Below, in pieces: positions 28,743 through 38,198 of a stretch of 64,000 bases of DNA (positions are counted from its first letter, which is position 1; each line of letters begins with the position of its first letter). The notes below the pieces were generated by a model. It was not told the DNA's origin. It made no database searches and saw only the letters and a program-made list of their open reading frames with translations. The stretch lies in the NCBI GenBank assembly GCA_023380585.1, contig JAMCRN010000009.1, positions 2,524-66,523 of the forward strand, given 5' to 3'. Source of the stretch: Candidatus Parvarchaeota archaeon (GTDB taxonomy: Archaea > Nanobdellota > Nanobdellia > Parvarchaeales > Parvarchaeaceae). Both the position numbers and the translations under genes were made by a program.

Positions 28743-29640
28743 TTTTAGCCTCGCGTCTGATATACAGTCTTAAGAGCTTTAAAGCCTTTTCCTTATCATT
28801 TATTTTGCCGTTTATAGTGCGCTGCCTAGCCTCTCCTACAAAACCTATTCTTTTCATCTCTTCTGATAATCTTTTTATGTCAAGTCCGCTTTTTTCCCCT
28901 GCAAGGACGAATATCTGGGAGCTAGAAACGACAGCTATGTCTTTTCCAGGGCTTTCTTTTATGAATTTATTAAATACACGATAAAAATCTGAGATTCGCA
29001 TATTCCCCATGTCCAATGGCATATTAGAAGCGTTAAGTAGTGACTCTAGCAGGAATATATCATTATCCTTCTCTTCCTTGAGGGCGCCTTTAAGTCGTGA
29101 ATACTCATCGGATAATCTTTCAGGGTCGAACCCATTTTGCAGAGACAAGCGTAGGATGTCGTTTTTTTTATCTATAGCGAAAAGAATCGCGTCCAACCCA
29201 GATAAAAAACGTATCTCCGTCTCGCCACGTAAGTGGGATATATTGCAAATAGAGAACGCTAATATCTCTTTGGTAGTTTTTACATGTTTGTGTATGCAAG
29301 CAGAGAAATCAAAATCGCCTATAGAGATTACTCGTACCGTTTTTTCTTTTTCAAGCCGCTCTTCGTTGAATCTCAGTTTAGGGAAGCGCTTTATAGCCTT
29401 GTTTAAATCATCGAACATCGTTTCATTTACCTTCAGATTAGAATTTATTACTTTATTTGTATCTGCCTCTGCCACGAATACCTTTTCTGCGTCTAAGTTC
29501 TCCTTTATGAAAATCTTGCCCAGCTTTTCTTCAGAGAAAGTGTCAGCTTTCCTGACGTGTATTTCTTCCCCAAGGTTTTGCAATGACCTGGCGAATATGT
29601 GTTCTGCGGAGTGTAATCCCTCGTTCTCTGATACCGACAT
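28732..29640 (-). CDS. AlaX-like tRNA editing domain protein
   Basis: HSAEH and C...H (ACIHKHV) metal ligands; VRVISIG. Confidence 0.8.
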   Translation of the reverse strand: MSVSENEGLHSAEHIFARSLQNLGEEIHVRKADTFSEEKLGKIFIKENLDAEKVFVAEADTNKVINSNLKVNETMFDDLNKAIKRFPKLRFNEERLEKEKTVRVISIGDFDFSACIHKHVKTTKEILAFSICNISHLRGETEIRFLSGLDAILFAIDKKNDILRLSLQNGFDPERLSDEYSRLKGALKEEKDNDIFLLESLLNASNMPLDMGNMRISDFYRVFNKFIKESPGKDIAVVSSSQIFVLAGEKSGLDIKRLSEEMKRIGFVGEARQRTINGKINDKEKALKLLRLYIRREAKNAQ

Positions 29641-29702
29641 TAGATAAAAAAGATTGCATAATATATAAATCTCAAACAGCTCAGATTCTATATGTCTAAT
29701 CT

Positions 29703-30596
29703 ATGGCAGGTATAGATTTACTTGGAGTTCCTTCATGTCTAGGCGCTAATCGAGAAGGGTGTGAGAAAGGTCCAAAAGCGGTAAGAGAGGCAGGGTTGTT
29801 GGATAAGAACAATGTACCATACATCGATATCCGAGACCTAGGAGACATAGAGGTGCCGCAGGAATCAAGCAAAGACAAAAATCCTAAAAATATAGATGCT
29901 ATAAAAGCGCTTTGCCTGAGAATAAGAAAATCTGTAAAAGACAGCCTCTCCAGCAATAGATTGCCACTAGTTATAGGAGGGGATCATTCCCTGTCAATAG
30001 GTACCCTGGCCGGGGTCAGCGATTATCTTTCGGAGCAGGTAGGTCTTATCTGGTTTGATGCGCACCCCGACTTTAATACACCAGAAACGTCGATCACAGG
30101 GAACATGCATGGGATGTCTTTGGCTGTTGCCTGCGGCCTAGCCAAAAAGTGGTTCGCTCCTCCGGAATGGCCAAGCGAGGCAGTGGATCTTTCGAGAGTC
30201 GTTATAATAGGAGCAAGGAGTTTTGATGAGGAGGAAGCCAAAATACTGCATGATTTGGATATCAGAGTATTTACGATTCAAGATATAGACTTGGTCGGGA
30301 TAAAAGATATCATAAAAAACGCTATAGATATCGCATCAGGTCCGCTTGGGAAGCCTATCCACGTAAGTTTCGATATGGATGTGATCGACCCATTAATATC
30401 TCCTGGCGTTTCTACACCAGTTGATGGAGGAATCACTTTCAGAGAAGCAAGGCTAGCCATGGAGCTGCTTCATGATTCTACCACTCTTACATCGGCAGAG
30501 TTCGTGGAAACGAACCCATTATTTGATTATAAAGGTTCTACCATCAACACGGAGCGCAGCCTTATAACTTCACTTTTTGGAAAGAGGGCATACTGA
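29703..30596 (+). CDS. rocF: Arginase
   Basis: GGDHS, DAHPDFNTPETS.TGNMHGM, SFDMDVIDP, VETNP. Confidence 0.92.
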   Translation: MAGIDLLGVPSCLGANREGCEKGPKAVREAGLLDKNNVPYIDIRDLGDIEVPQESSKDKNPKNIDAIKALCLRIRKSVKDSLSSNRLPLVIGGDHSLSIGTLAGVSDYLSEQVGLIWFDAHPDFNTPETSITGNMHGMSLAVACGLAKKWFAPPEWPSEAVDLSRVVIIGARSFDEEEAKILHDLDIRVFTIQDIDLVGIKDIIKNAIDIASGPLGKPIHVSFDMDVIDPLISPGVSTPVDGGITFREARLAMELLHDSTTLTSAEFVETNPLFDYKGSTINTERSLITSLFGKRAY

Positions 30597-30646
30597 CGTA
30601 CGATGGTAGAAATAAGTAATATAAAACACAAATGATGGGCATATAG

Positions 30647-31930
30647 ATGAAAGAAGAAAACAGGGATACTATAAAATTATGCGGGTGGGTCGAAAATCTC
30701 CGTGATTTGGGCAAGATACTTTTCATAAAGGTCAGAGACGACAGCGGATATTACCAGGTAACAATAATAAGAGAAGAAAGCAGCAAGATATTCGAGGAAG
30801 CCAAAAAAATAAAACCGGAATCGGTTATATCATTAAACGGCATAAAAAGGGCGAATAAGAAGGTAATAAATGGCTATGAGATAATCCCTCAGCAGATAGA
30901 GCTGATGTCAGAAGCAGAGCAGCCCGTGCCTCTTAATCTGAATGAGAACGTTAAATCCTCCCTCGACAAGGAGATAGATTATAGATTTCTCAGCCTTAGA
31001 AAGCCAAGTGTAGCATCAATATTCAAGATACAAAGCACAGTAAGTAACGCTATAGTAGAGTTTTTTCAAAAGAATGGCTTCTACCAGATACACTCTTCCA
31101 AAATAGTTTCACAGGCGACGGAAGGAGGGGCAAACGTTTTTCCAGTCATATACTTCGATAGGACCGCTTATTTAGCGCAGTCACCACAATTTTACAAACA
31201 AATGATGATGTCCGCAGGGCTAGAGAAGGTTTTCGAGATAGGGCCCGTGTTCAGGGCAGAACCGCACCATACCTCCAGGCACCTCACAGAATATACAAGT
31301 GTCGATATTGAGATGAGTTTTATCAAGTCATATGAAGACGTAATGGACATAATGGAGGATATGATGATATACCTATTCAAGAAGGTAAGAAAGACAAACG
31401 TTCGAGAGCTTAAATCAACTGGCGCTAGTCTCAAGGTTCCGCGGAAGCCATTTCCAAGGATAAATATGGCAGATGCCGCAAAAATATTGGAAAAATACGG
31501 GAATAGACCAAAAGATGACGGAGACATAGATCCAGAAGGAGAGCGCATCCTCGGAGAGTATGTTAAGGAGCGGTATGGAGCCGAAATTTTCTTCCTTACA
31601 GAATTCCCATGGACTATCGCCCAGTTTTACCACATGAGGAGCAAGGAAAATCCAAACATAACGTATCGCGCTGATATGATATACAAAGGGCTTGAGATAA
31701 CAACACTTGCACAAAGGGAGCACAGGTATGATGTGCTTGTAAAGCAGTTAAAGGAAAAAGGACTTGACCAAGAAAAATTCCAGTTCTACTTGGATTTCTT
31801 CAGATACGGTGTCCCTCCCCATGGAGGGTCCGGCACTGGTTTAGAAAGAATAGTAAAGCAGATGTTGAACCTGGAAAATGTGGCGGAGGCGACACTATTA
31901 CCAAGAACACCGGACAGACTGACTCCTTAA
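30647..31930 (+). CDS. aspS: Aspartyl-tRNA synthetase (short archaeal type, likely non-discriminating)
   Basis: N-terminal OB fold, TEGGA, LAQSPQFYKQ, FRAE, PPHGG.G.GLER. Confidence 0.95.
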   Translation: MKEENRDTIKLCGWVENLRDLGKILFIKVRDDSGYYQVTIIREESSKIFEEAKKIKPESVISLNGIKRANKKVINGYEIIPQQIELMSEAEQPVPLNLNENVKSSLDKEIDYRFLSLRKPSVASIFKIQSTVSNAIVEFFQKNGFYQIHSSKIVSQATEGGANVFPVIYFDRTAYLAQSPQFYKQMMMSAGLEKVFEIGPVFRAEPHHTSRHLTEYTSVDIEMSFIKSYEDVMDIMEDMMIYLFKKVRKTNVRELKSTGASLKVPRKPFPRINMADAAKILEKYGNRPKDDGDIDPEGERILGEYVKERYGAEIFFLTEFPWTIAQFYHMRSKENPNITYRADMIYKGLEITTLAQREHRYDVLVKQLKEKGLDQEKFQFYLDFFRYGVPPHGGSGTGLERIVKQMLNLENVAEATLLPRTPDRLTP

Positions 31931-32833
31931 GCGTACATGGTGTCGGTTTCTTTATCGTAATTAAGGTTTTCGCCTAACTGCATACGTATCATGGAAACAA
32001 CTAACGATGTTTTCGAAGCCATATCCTTTTTGGTCATCTCGGCTTTCAATGTATCCGGATTGAGTCTAAACGAGTACAGTTCATCTTTATCTTTGTCCCA
32101 TATATATAAGTCGTACCCTAAACGGTGCAGCGTATACTCAAGTATAAGTTTGTGGGAATCAGGTGTAGGTTCTTGTGCGCTTGTAATATAAGGAAATAGA
32201 CCTGGGTTTACTTTGTACAGCTCTTCCTTCGTCGTCATATAAGCGAATGAGTTTATTTCTTGGGGATCATCTTCGTTTTCTTCATCATATGAGTAGTTAA
32301 TAAAAAAAGAATTGTTTTTTATATCAGCAGATATTTTAGCACCTATCGAGTCATACCTTAAATCCGATACATCGAGTTTTCTTCTTTTGATGGAGAGTTC
32401 TTTTTTTAGCTTCCTTTTTACTCCAGGGTATTTTTTGCCAAATTTATTTATGGTATCTATTTTTGGTCCCGTATGATCGGTGGCTATGTCATAACCTACA
32501 GTCGTAAGTCTGTCTTCTTCATTATTGTATATCCAGGTAGGTGCTCCCATTGTATTGTATAAAAGAAAAAGCGAGTAAGAATCGAGAGATTTTAAGGTTT
32601 TTATAGTTTCTAACCCGTTCTTCATGGCTTTTTTTTTCATCTATAAGGTATACGCCGCCAGCGTGCATGTCTTTCAAAGGGTGAAATACCACTGCAGTTC
32701 CTATCATGTCTGCCGCCAGTCCGAGTATCCCGCTGTCCAGCTCATCTTCGTCTCCTGGTTTTTGTGTATCTGATATTATCTGCTCTAAGCCGGGCTTACG
32801 ATAAGAAAGACCAGTAACGTTGTCTTCAGGCAT
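31927..32833 (-). pseudogene. Hypothetical protein split by a frameshift at an A9 tract; paralog of 32826-33704; ends MYA
   Basis: ORFs from ATG 32833 and 32640 fuse into ~301 aa if one A of the A9 run (32629-32637) is removed; fused product aligns by eye with the upstream gene. Confidence 0.65.
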
Positions 32834-33704
32834 ACATCTCACCGGAATTCGAATTGTCTTTAGCTTTAGGTTTTATCCTGCTGTCAAAAGAAAGGTCTTT
32901 TTCTAATCTGCAAAGTTCAGGAAAGTTTTCAGATGCCTTGACCGGGGGAAGAAAATTCGTGACAGGAGAGCCGTTTGGTTTTATATCGATAATGAACATA
33001 GAATCATTTTTTTTGTCTAAAACATACATCGACGCTCCCAAAGATAGGCCAAAAAAATCCAGTGATTCCTTGTCCAATACCAGTATCTTGTCTAACAGGT
33101 TATCTTCTTTCTTTTCCACCCTATCATACGTTGTGAACAGTATCTGCTTGATATCAATAGGGGATGCTCCATACAAGACAAATTCTGACACGTCTTTTAG
33201 GTCTGCTACCAAATATGATATGTATTCACGTTTTTTGTCTATCTTTATAGAATCTTCATCCTTTACTTTGTCATGATCCGGAATATCCAGAATATAAAGA
33301 CATTTTTTAAACTCGGGCCTCTCTTTGCTGAGTCCAGATGTCCTATACTCTATAGAATCTATAAGTCCCTGGTGTCCTTCTGCTATATAAGCCACAGTGT
33401 CTTTTTTCCTGTCTATGATGTAAACGTCGAAGCGCAGAATATTCTTGAGAAAGCGCAGAGCCCTCTCATTCATGGATGACAGTATCTCGTCTACTTCAGG
33501 GATGCTTTTTGATAGCACATCATAATCTACGATATAAAACGGGTTAAAAAGCCCGTTTTCGTCTCTGACGATAGAAGACGCGGATTTTATCTTTGCGGCT
33601 AAACCGTGGATACGCGAAAATATCCTACTCGCGTCCCCTTTTTTTGCTTCTTCACTCGCCAGGCAGTCTTCTAAATTATAAAGTGTTTTTATTTTGCTTT
33701 TCAT
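32826..33704 (-). CDS. Hypothetical protein with internal duplication; ends MYA
   Basis: 292 aa; repeated motif FDVYIIDRKKD / ASMYVLDKKND. Confidence 0.75.
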   Translation of the reverse strand: MKSKIKTLYNLEDCLASEEAKKGDASRIFSRIHGLAAKIKSASSIVRDENGLFNPFYIVDYDVLSKSIPEVDEILSSMNERALRFLKNILRFDVYIIDRKKDTVAYIAEGHQGLIDSIEYRTSGLSKERPEFKKCLYILDIPDHDKVKDEDSIKIDKKREYISYLVADLKDVSEFVLYGASPIDIKQILFTTYDRVEKKEDNLLDKILVLDKESLDFFGLSLGASMYVLDKKNDSMFIIDIKPNGSPVTNFLPPVKASENFPELCRLEKDLSFDSRIKPKAKDNSNSGEMYA

Positions 33705-33761
33705 ATCCTATCTTAGATGGGGTAGGATATTTATAGATTGAGAACGTCCAGCAAGTACTTT

Positions 33762-34415
33762 CTAAGGCTGTTTGTTTTGGGAGGAGGATTTAAGACCTTC
33801 TATAAGGTCCCTGAGCTCTTTTATGCTGTCGCTTATAGTCGGTACCAATCTATCTATAACTTTTTCAAACGCTTGCAGCTCTATGTTTACGTCTGATAAG
33901 GTCTTGTTATACTCTTCGGTTTTACCTACCATAGTATTCTGGATGCGGTCTATACGTTCGTTAAGACTGTTTACTTTTTCCTCGAGACTCTGAGTTGAAA
34001 GCGCATTCGCCTTTACCTCATTTTTTATAGCGGACATGTCGGCTGCAGCGGACTCCCATTTCTCTTGTATTATCTGTTCCAATACCTGCTGCATGGCATC
34101 AAGGGTTTTATCGCTTATATTCGTCTGCGCAGTCTGAGACTGTTGCGGTCTTTTCGGCGCCGGTGGCTCATCTTGTACGTCCTCAGTCATCTGCATAGTG
34201 TCATAAGACGGCATTTTGAACCCGGAAGGCGGTTCTGTGTCCTGGTCTTTGTTTATTGACGCTTTTATAAGCGCGTTTTTTATCGCTGTGCTGTCATACC
34301 CCTGTTGTCTTAGGCTTTCTATTATATCCTGGTCACTCATGCCGTTTTTAACCATATCTGACACGTCCGGTACGTCTGCCGGTTCCTTTTTCCTGAAAGC
34401 GTCTATCAAACTCAT
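33762..34415 (-). CDS. Hypothetical protein: small helical domain, low-complexity linker, coiled coil
   Basis: GMSDQDIIESLRQQGY domain; heptad-rich C-terminal half; start set to ATG 34415. Confidence 0.75.
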   Translation of the reverse strand: MSLIDAFRKKEPADVPDVSDMVKNGMSDQDIIESLRQQGYDSTAIKNALIKASINKDQDTEPPSGFKMPSYDTMQMTEDVQDEPPAPKRPQQSQTAQTNISDKTLDAMQQVLEQIIQEKWESAAADMSAIKNEVKANALSTQSLEEKVNSLNERIDRIQNTMVGKTEEYNKTLSDVNIELQAFEKVIDRLVPTISDSIKELRDLIEGLKSSSQNKQP

Positions 34416-34416
34416 A

Positions 34417-34785
34417 TCAGCTCCATTTTTTGCCACTCATATAGTTGTCTACAATTTTTATAACGTCTTCCTTACTTAAAAACCTTGATGGGTCTATGAA
34501 ATTGAGGTACTTTTCTATTACTTTTATGTCCTGGAGCCTGGCAGCTTTTTGCACCTCTCTCTCCAATCTGCTTACGCTATCCTTCACTTCCAGAAGCTCT
34601 GTCTTGTAAGTGGACAAAGAAAGAGAGACAGCCCTTATCTGGTCGCTTATTTCTTTGTATTTGTCATTCTGATTCTGGTCAAGCATCTTTATTGTATCTC
34701 TGAGCTGCGACAGCCTTTGATCAAAGATCTTTATAGACTCTCTTAGCTCTACGATGTTCTTTGCAGTATCACCAACCGGCTCCAT
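34417..34785 (-). CDS. Hypothetical coiled-coil protein
   Basis: Heptad pattern; operon-like with next gene. Confidence 0.75.
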   Translation of the reverse strand: MEPVGDTAKNIVELRESIKIFDQRLSQLRDTIKMLDQNQNDKYKEISDQIRAVSLSLSTYKTELLEVKDSVSRLEREVQKAARLQDIKVIEKYLNFIDPSRFLSKEDVIKIVDNYMSGKKWS

Positions 34786-34951
34786 TCTAATCTATAAAAG
34801 CCTATGTTTTTATGTCTTTCCAAAATCTAGGAGCTAATGAATCGATAAGCAGGTAGAAAATGTCTTAACAAGTCTACGAGAATACAAATTTCTTAAGACT
34901 TAGTATGAAAGTCGATAAAATATAGATACGGAACAATAAAATATTACACGT

Positions 34952-35072
34952 AAAAGGCGGATCCCGACGGAAGCCGAAAGTGCTACACCTAGTGTGGTCC
35001 AGTAAAGCCTCTTTCGCACAGAACGATCCTATGTGATGTAAAACCGGAGGAGAAGTTAGTATGCCGCCTTTT
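34952..35072 (+). ncRNA. Structured 121-nt RNA, candidate divergent 5S rRNA
   Basis: AAAAGGCGG/CCGCCTTTT terminal helix; CGAAAG/CTTTCG helix; 5S-like words ACACC, AGTAAAGC and GAGAAGT..GCCGCC; GC-rich island in AT-rich spacer; ends in a T run. Confidence 0.5.
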
Positions 35073-35150
35073 TCAAAGAAGTGTGATCTATATGCGTAAT
35101 CTTAGTGTACTTCGCACGTATATATATTAGTTTATAATAAGATACAGATA

Positions 35151-35465
35151 ATGGGAAAAAATATCAGAAGAGGAAGAACATCAAGTGTGCATTGTGCTTC
35201 ATGTGGCCAAACAACAAGAAGAGACAGGGCTGTATATCTCTTCAGAGATGGTATAAAAGCGTATTACTGCCCAGACTGCGCCAAGAAGATACACGGTTCT
35301 AGATTGTACAAGGGGATGCCGAAGTTCATAAAGAAGAGACAAGAGGCCAAGACGAAGAGAAAATTTGTGATGTACACAAAGGACTACAGTACGGAGGAGC
35401 CTGCCCAGCTCGATTCAAAAATCGATGAAACAGATTCAACAAAAGACGAGATACAATCGCCTTAA
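35151..35465 (+). CDS. rps26e: Ribosomal protein eS26-like zinc-binding protein
   Basis: Basic N-terminus; CASCG...DRAV...YCPDCA matches the eS26 CxxC..DKA..YCxxCA pattern with a shortened middle. Confidence 0.65.
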   Translation: MGKNIRRGRTSSVHCASCGQTTRRDRAVYLFRDGIKAYYCPDCAKKIHGSRLYKGMPKFIKKRQEAKTKRKFVMYTKDYSTEEPAQLDSKIDETDSTKDEIQSP

Positions 35466-35470
35466 GGGAT

Positions 35471-36247
35471 ATGATAATCAGGTTTAGTGTTAGACGTATA
35501 CTATTAGTAGTAGTCGTTATAGTTTTAGCTGCATTTGCGTATTATTTTTTCTTATCTGGGCATATATCTGCGGCCCCGCAAACACCAGCAGATGTAAGGT
35601 ACGCCTTGGAATATTTCAATGCGGTGGAGTCAAATAAAACAATAATCGTGCCGCCGTCATATTATAAAATTGCGTCTGAACTTGCTATAAATGGCAATAA
35701 AGTGGTAAGCGATGCAGCAGAGTATGCAGGTATCCTATTTGGGAACAAGTCTCTCCCTAAAGGAGATTTCATCCTTGTAGACATGGCGCAATTGGATCAA
35801 TTAGGAAGCCTGTCGAAGGCATCAGGACTGAATCTGTCCTATGATATAGTCTCTTTCCCGCCGTCTTACTACCAGGCTAATCTAAGCAATTCAGAGAGAA
35901 ACTGTCTCGTTTATAAGAACGTTTCATCTTACTTCGCTTTTTGTGGCGTATATCTAGACAACGTTAAAATAGCCTATATAGGGATGATTAAATTTCCGGG
36001 GAGCAGCACTGAATACGAGATAAATTCGACAGTCTTCTACAATGGCATCCATAGATATTTGTTCAAGTCAATAGCGACTAATAATTCGAATGAAAAGCAC
36101 GGGATCGCATTAGTTTATCAGAATATCACGACGCTTTATTTCCCTCAAAACATTACCAAGACATTCTTTGGCAAAGAGATGCTTCTCCCCTCGTCAGAAT
36201 TAAACAACGTTTTTGACAACTATGGGGAAGCGAGGATAATATCTTAA
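35471..36247 (+). CDS. Membrane-anchored exported protein
   Basis: N-terminal TM, N-glycosylation sequons. Confidence 0.7.
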   Translation: MIIRFSVRRILLVVVVIVLAAFAYYFFLSGHISAAPQTPADVRYALEYFNAVESNKTIIVPPSYYKIASELAINGNKVVSDAAEYAGILFGNKSLPKGDFILVDMAQLDQLGSLSKASGLNLSYDIVSFPPSYYQANLSNSERNCLVYKNVSSYFAFCGVYLDNVKIAYIGMIKFPGSSTEYEINSTVFYNGIHRYLFKSIATNNSNEKHGIALVYQNITTLYFPQNITKTFFGKEMLLPSSELNNVFDNYGEARIIS

Positions 36248-36250
36248 AGT

Positions 36251-36586
36251 CTATACCGGAATAAAAACATACTTTTTTGCCTTCAAAAAGAGAAGGCACG
36301 CTATAAATATCGATATTACCAACAAAATAGAGAACAAGGAGGCAAAAACATCACATTTGAGCATAAACGGGCCGCTCCCTCCGGCTGAGCCAATGCTTAA
36401 AAAGTATGCAGACGTCGTGCAAGAGTTATAATTGTCAAAGATCTCCAAAGCCCCCGGGATACCCATAATAATGGCTATCAAAAGGAATATCTCTCGCGTC
36501 TTTCTCTTAGGCGCCGATGCCTTTTGGGGTTTAAAATCAGTATTCTCTCTACCTATCTGCTCTATATATCTTTTAGCCAGGCTCAT
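36251..36586 (-). CDS. Small two-TM membrane protein
   Basis: Two hydrophobic helices; coupled to Lrp gene. Confidence 0.6.
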   Translation of the reverse strand: MSLAKRYIEQIGRENTDFKPQKASAPKRKTREIFLLIAIIMGIPGALEIFDNYNSCTTSAYFLSIGSAGGSGPFMLKCDVFASLFSILLVISIFIACLLFLKAKKYVFIPV

Positions 36587-37017
36587 TATAACTCTAAGTG
36601 CTCCACAATAAATAAAGAATGTGTCCTGTTTATGTTCTTGTTCGTGTTGAGTTCTTTCATCAACATTCCTGCTACGTCTTCCTTGGTGCCGTTGACGACT
36701 AGCACCAGGTCCCAGTCGCCGGTGACGCTATATATATCAGATATCAGCTTGTTCTGTTTTATGCTATCCAAAAAGGATGCAGTGCTTTTAGTGTTTGTTT
36801 TAGTCAGGGAGACTAGTATAAGCGCAGACTTGTAGTTTTTCGTATCCGCATAATTAAGCGATACTTTGAAGCCCGTTATCACACCATTCTTCTTCAGCTT
36901 CTCCACGTGATAGTAAACAGTCGATTTCGGTATCTTCAGTTTCTCAGCTATGGAATTGATGTCCTTTCCTTCTCTTAGAAGATTGAGTATCTCGATGTCC
37001 TTCTGTTTTATTCCCAT
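36586..37017 (-). CDS. Lrp/AsnC family transcriptional regulator
   Basis: IAEKLKIPKSTVYYHVEKL..GVI HTH; VTGDWDL RAM domain. Confidence 0.92.
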   Translation of the reverse strand: MGIKQKDIEILNLLREGKDINSIAEKLKIPKSTVYYHVEKLKKNGVITGFKVSLNYADTKNYKSALILVSLTKTNTKSTASFLDSIKQNKLISDIYSVTGDWDLVLVVNGTKEDVAGMLMKELNTNKNINRTHSLFIVEHLEL

Positions 37018-37151
37018 AATTATGATAAAAATATAGATAATGTTGTAATTTTTACAATAGTATAATCTAATCCTCTGCCTTTAAAAGCTTTTACAAGAGC
37101 ATATCGCCTCTTTGGTAACGCTCTTTTATATTATTATGATATTAAATTGAA

Positions 37152-37766
37152 ATGGCGAGGATAGCGTTATTCTCGGATTTGGAAGGGGTTTTTGTACCTG
37201 AGATATGGCCAGCGATAGGAAACCGGCTTTCAATACCTGAATTGTCATTGACTACTCGCGACACACCAGATTTCAAGAGACTCATGAAAATGAGGCTAGA
37301 TGCTTTAAATAAACACCATATAAGCTTTAGCATGGTCATGTCCGCTTTGGACGGGGTAAGGCCGTTTAATAATGCGGTGGATACGATGCGGGAGATAAGC
37401 GAAATAGACGGGATAGATCCGATAATCATCTCCGACTCATTCAAGGAATTTATCGACAAGATATTGGGCAAGCTGCATGGCTGGACCGTCTTCGCGAATA
37501 AGTTTCATGTAGAAGATGACATAATAAGAGATTGCGTATTCACAGTGGGAGGTGACAAGGCAAGAATTTTTGAAGATAACATGCACAGGGGAGACAAAAC
37601 TATAGCCATAGGCGATTCTTTCAATGATGTAGGCATGCTGAAAAAAGCTAATTCCAAAATACTCTTCAACCCAATATGGGAGCTCAGGACAGTACTTACA
37701 GATGCAGTGGTATGCGACAGTATGGATTCTCTGCTGTCTGTCATAAAGCGGCTGGCCAATACATAA
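37152..37766 (+). CDS. thrH: Phosphoserine phosphatase / homoserine phosphotransferase (ThrH-like HAD)
   Basis: DLEGVFVPEIW, LTTRD.PD..LM..R, SDSF, GDSFND..ML. Confidence 0.88.
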   Translation: MARIALFSDLEGVFVPEIWPAIGNRLSIPELSLTTRDTPDFKRLMKMRLDALNKHHISFSMVMSALDGVRPFNNAVDTMREISEIDGIDPIIISDSFKEFIDKILGKLHGWTVFANKFHVEDDIIRDCVFTVGGDKARIFEDNMHRGDKTIAIGDSFNDVGMLKKANSKILFNPIWELRTVLTDAVVCDSMDSLLSVIKRLANT

Positions 37767-37779
37767 ACCGGGCTATACT

Positions 37780-38154
37780 TCAGTCTATCAGGTTAGGCTG
37801 GTTCTTCATCAGATAACGGATAAGCAGGACCATGTAAACGAAGGCAATGCCGACCCCCAGAAATACAATTACTCCGAGAGACTTTGAGTACTCTGCCCAC
37901 AAGAATAGCAGTACGAAAAGGGCTTCGAATACTACGAACATTATTGCGTAGAAAAAATACTGGAAACCGACTGTCCTCGCCTTAAACAACGGCCTTTCTG
38001 CGCTTTCGACCGCAACGTGCGCCATGCCACCATATTTTATTCTGGGGCTTACCGCCTTCGCTATGACCATAGTGAAGACCCAGACGAGGGAGCTGGCTAC
38101 CAAAAATATGCCTAAAAGCACGAAACCGTTTTGGATCATATTATTACTATACAT
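37780..38154 (-). CDS. nuoA: Complex I-like subunit A (divergent)
   Basis: Three TMs; K......ES..P loop; QYFFYAIMFVVFE..F..LFLWA. Confidence 0.82.
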   Translation of the reverse strand: MYSNNMIQNGFVLLGIFLVASSLVWVFTMVIAKAVSPRIKYGGMAHVAVESAERPLFKARTVGFQYFFYAIMFVVFEALFVLLFLWAEYSKSLGVIVFLGVGIAFVYMVLLIRYLMKNQPNLID

Positions 38155-38198
38155 TAAACGGATTAAAAGTTAATATTATTGAAACAAGCATTAATTTT

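Noticed and set aside
34952-35072. RNase P RNA, SRP RNA, hammerhead or HEARO/omega RNA as identity of the ncRNA
   Set aside because: Too short for RNase P with motif-like words in the wrong order; no SRP helix-8 motif; no CUGANGA core; no IscB/TnpB gene downstream.
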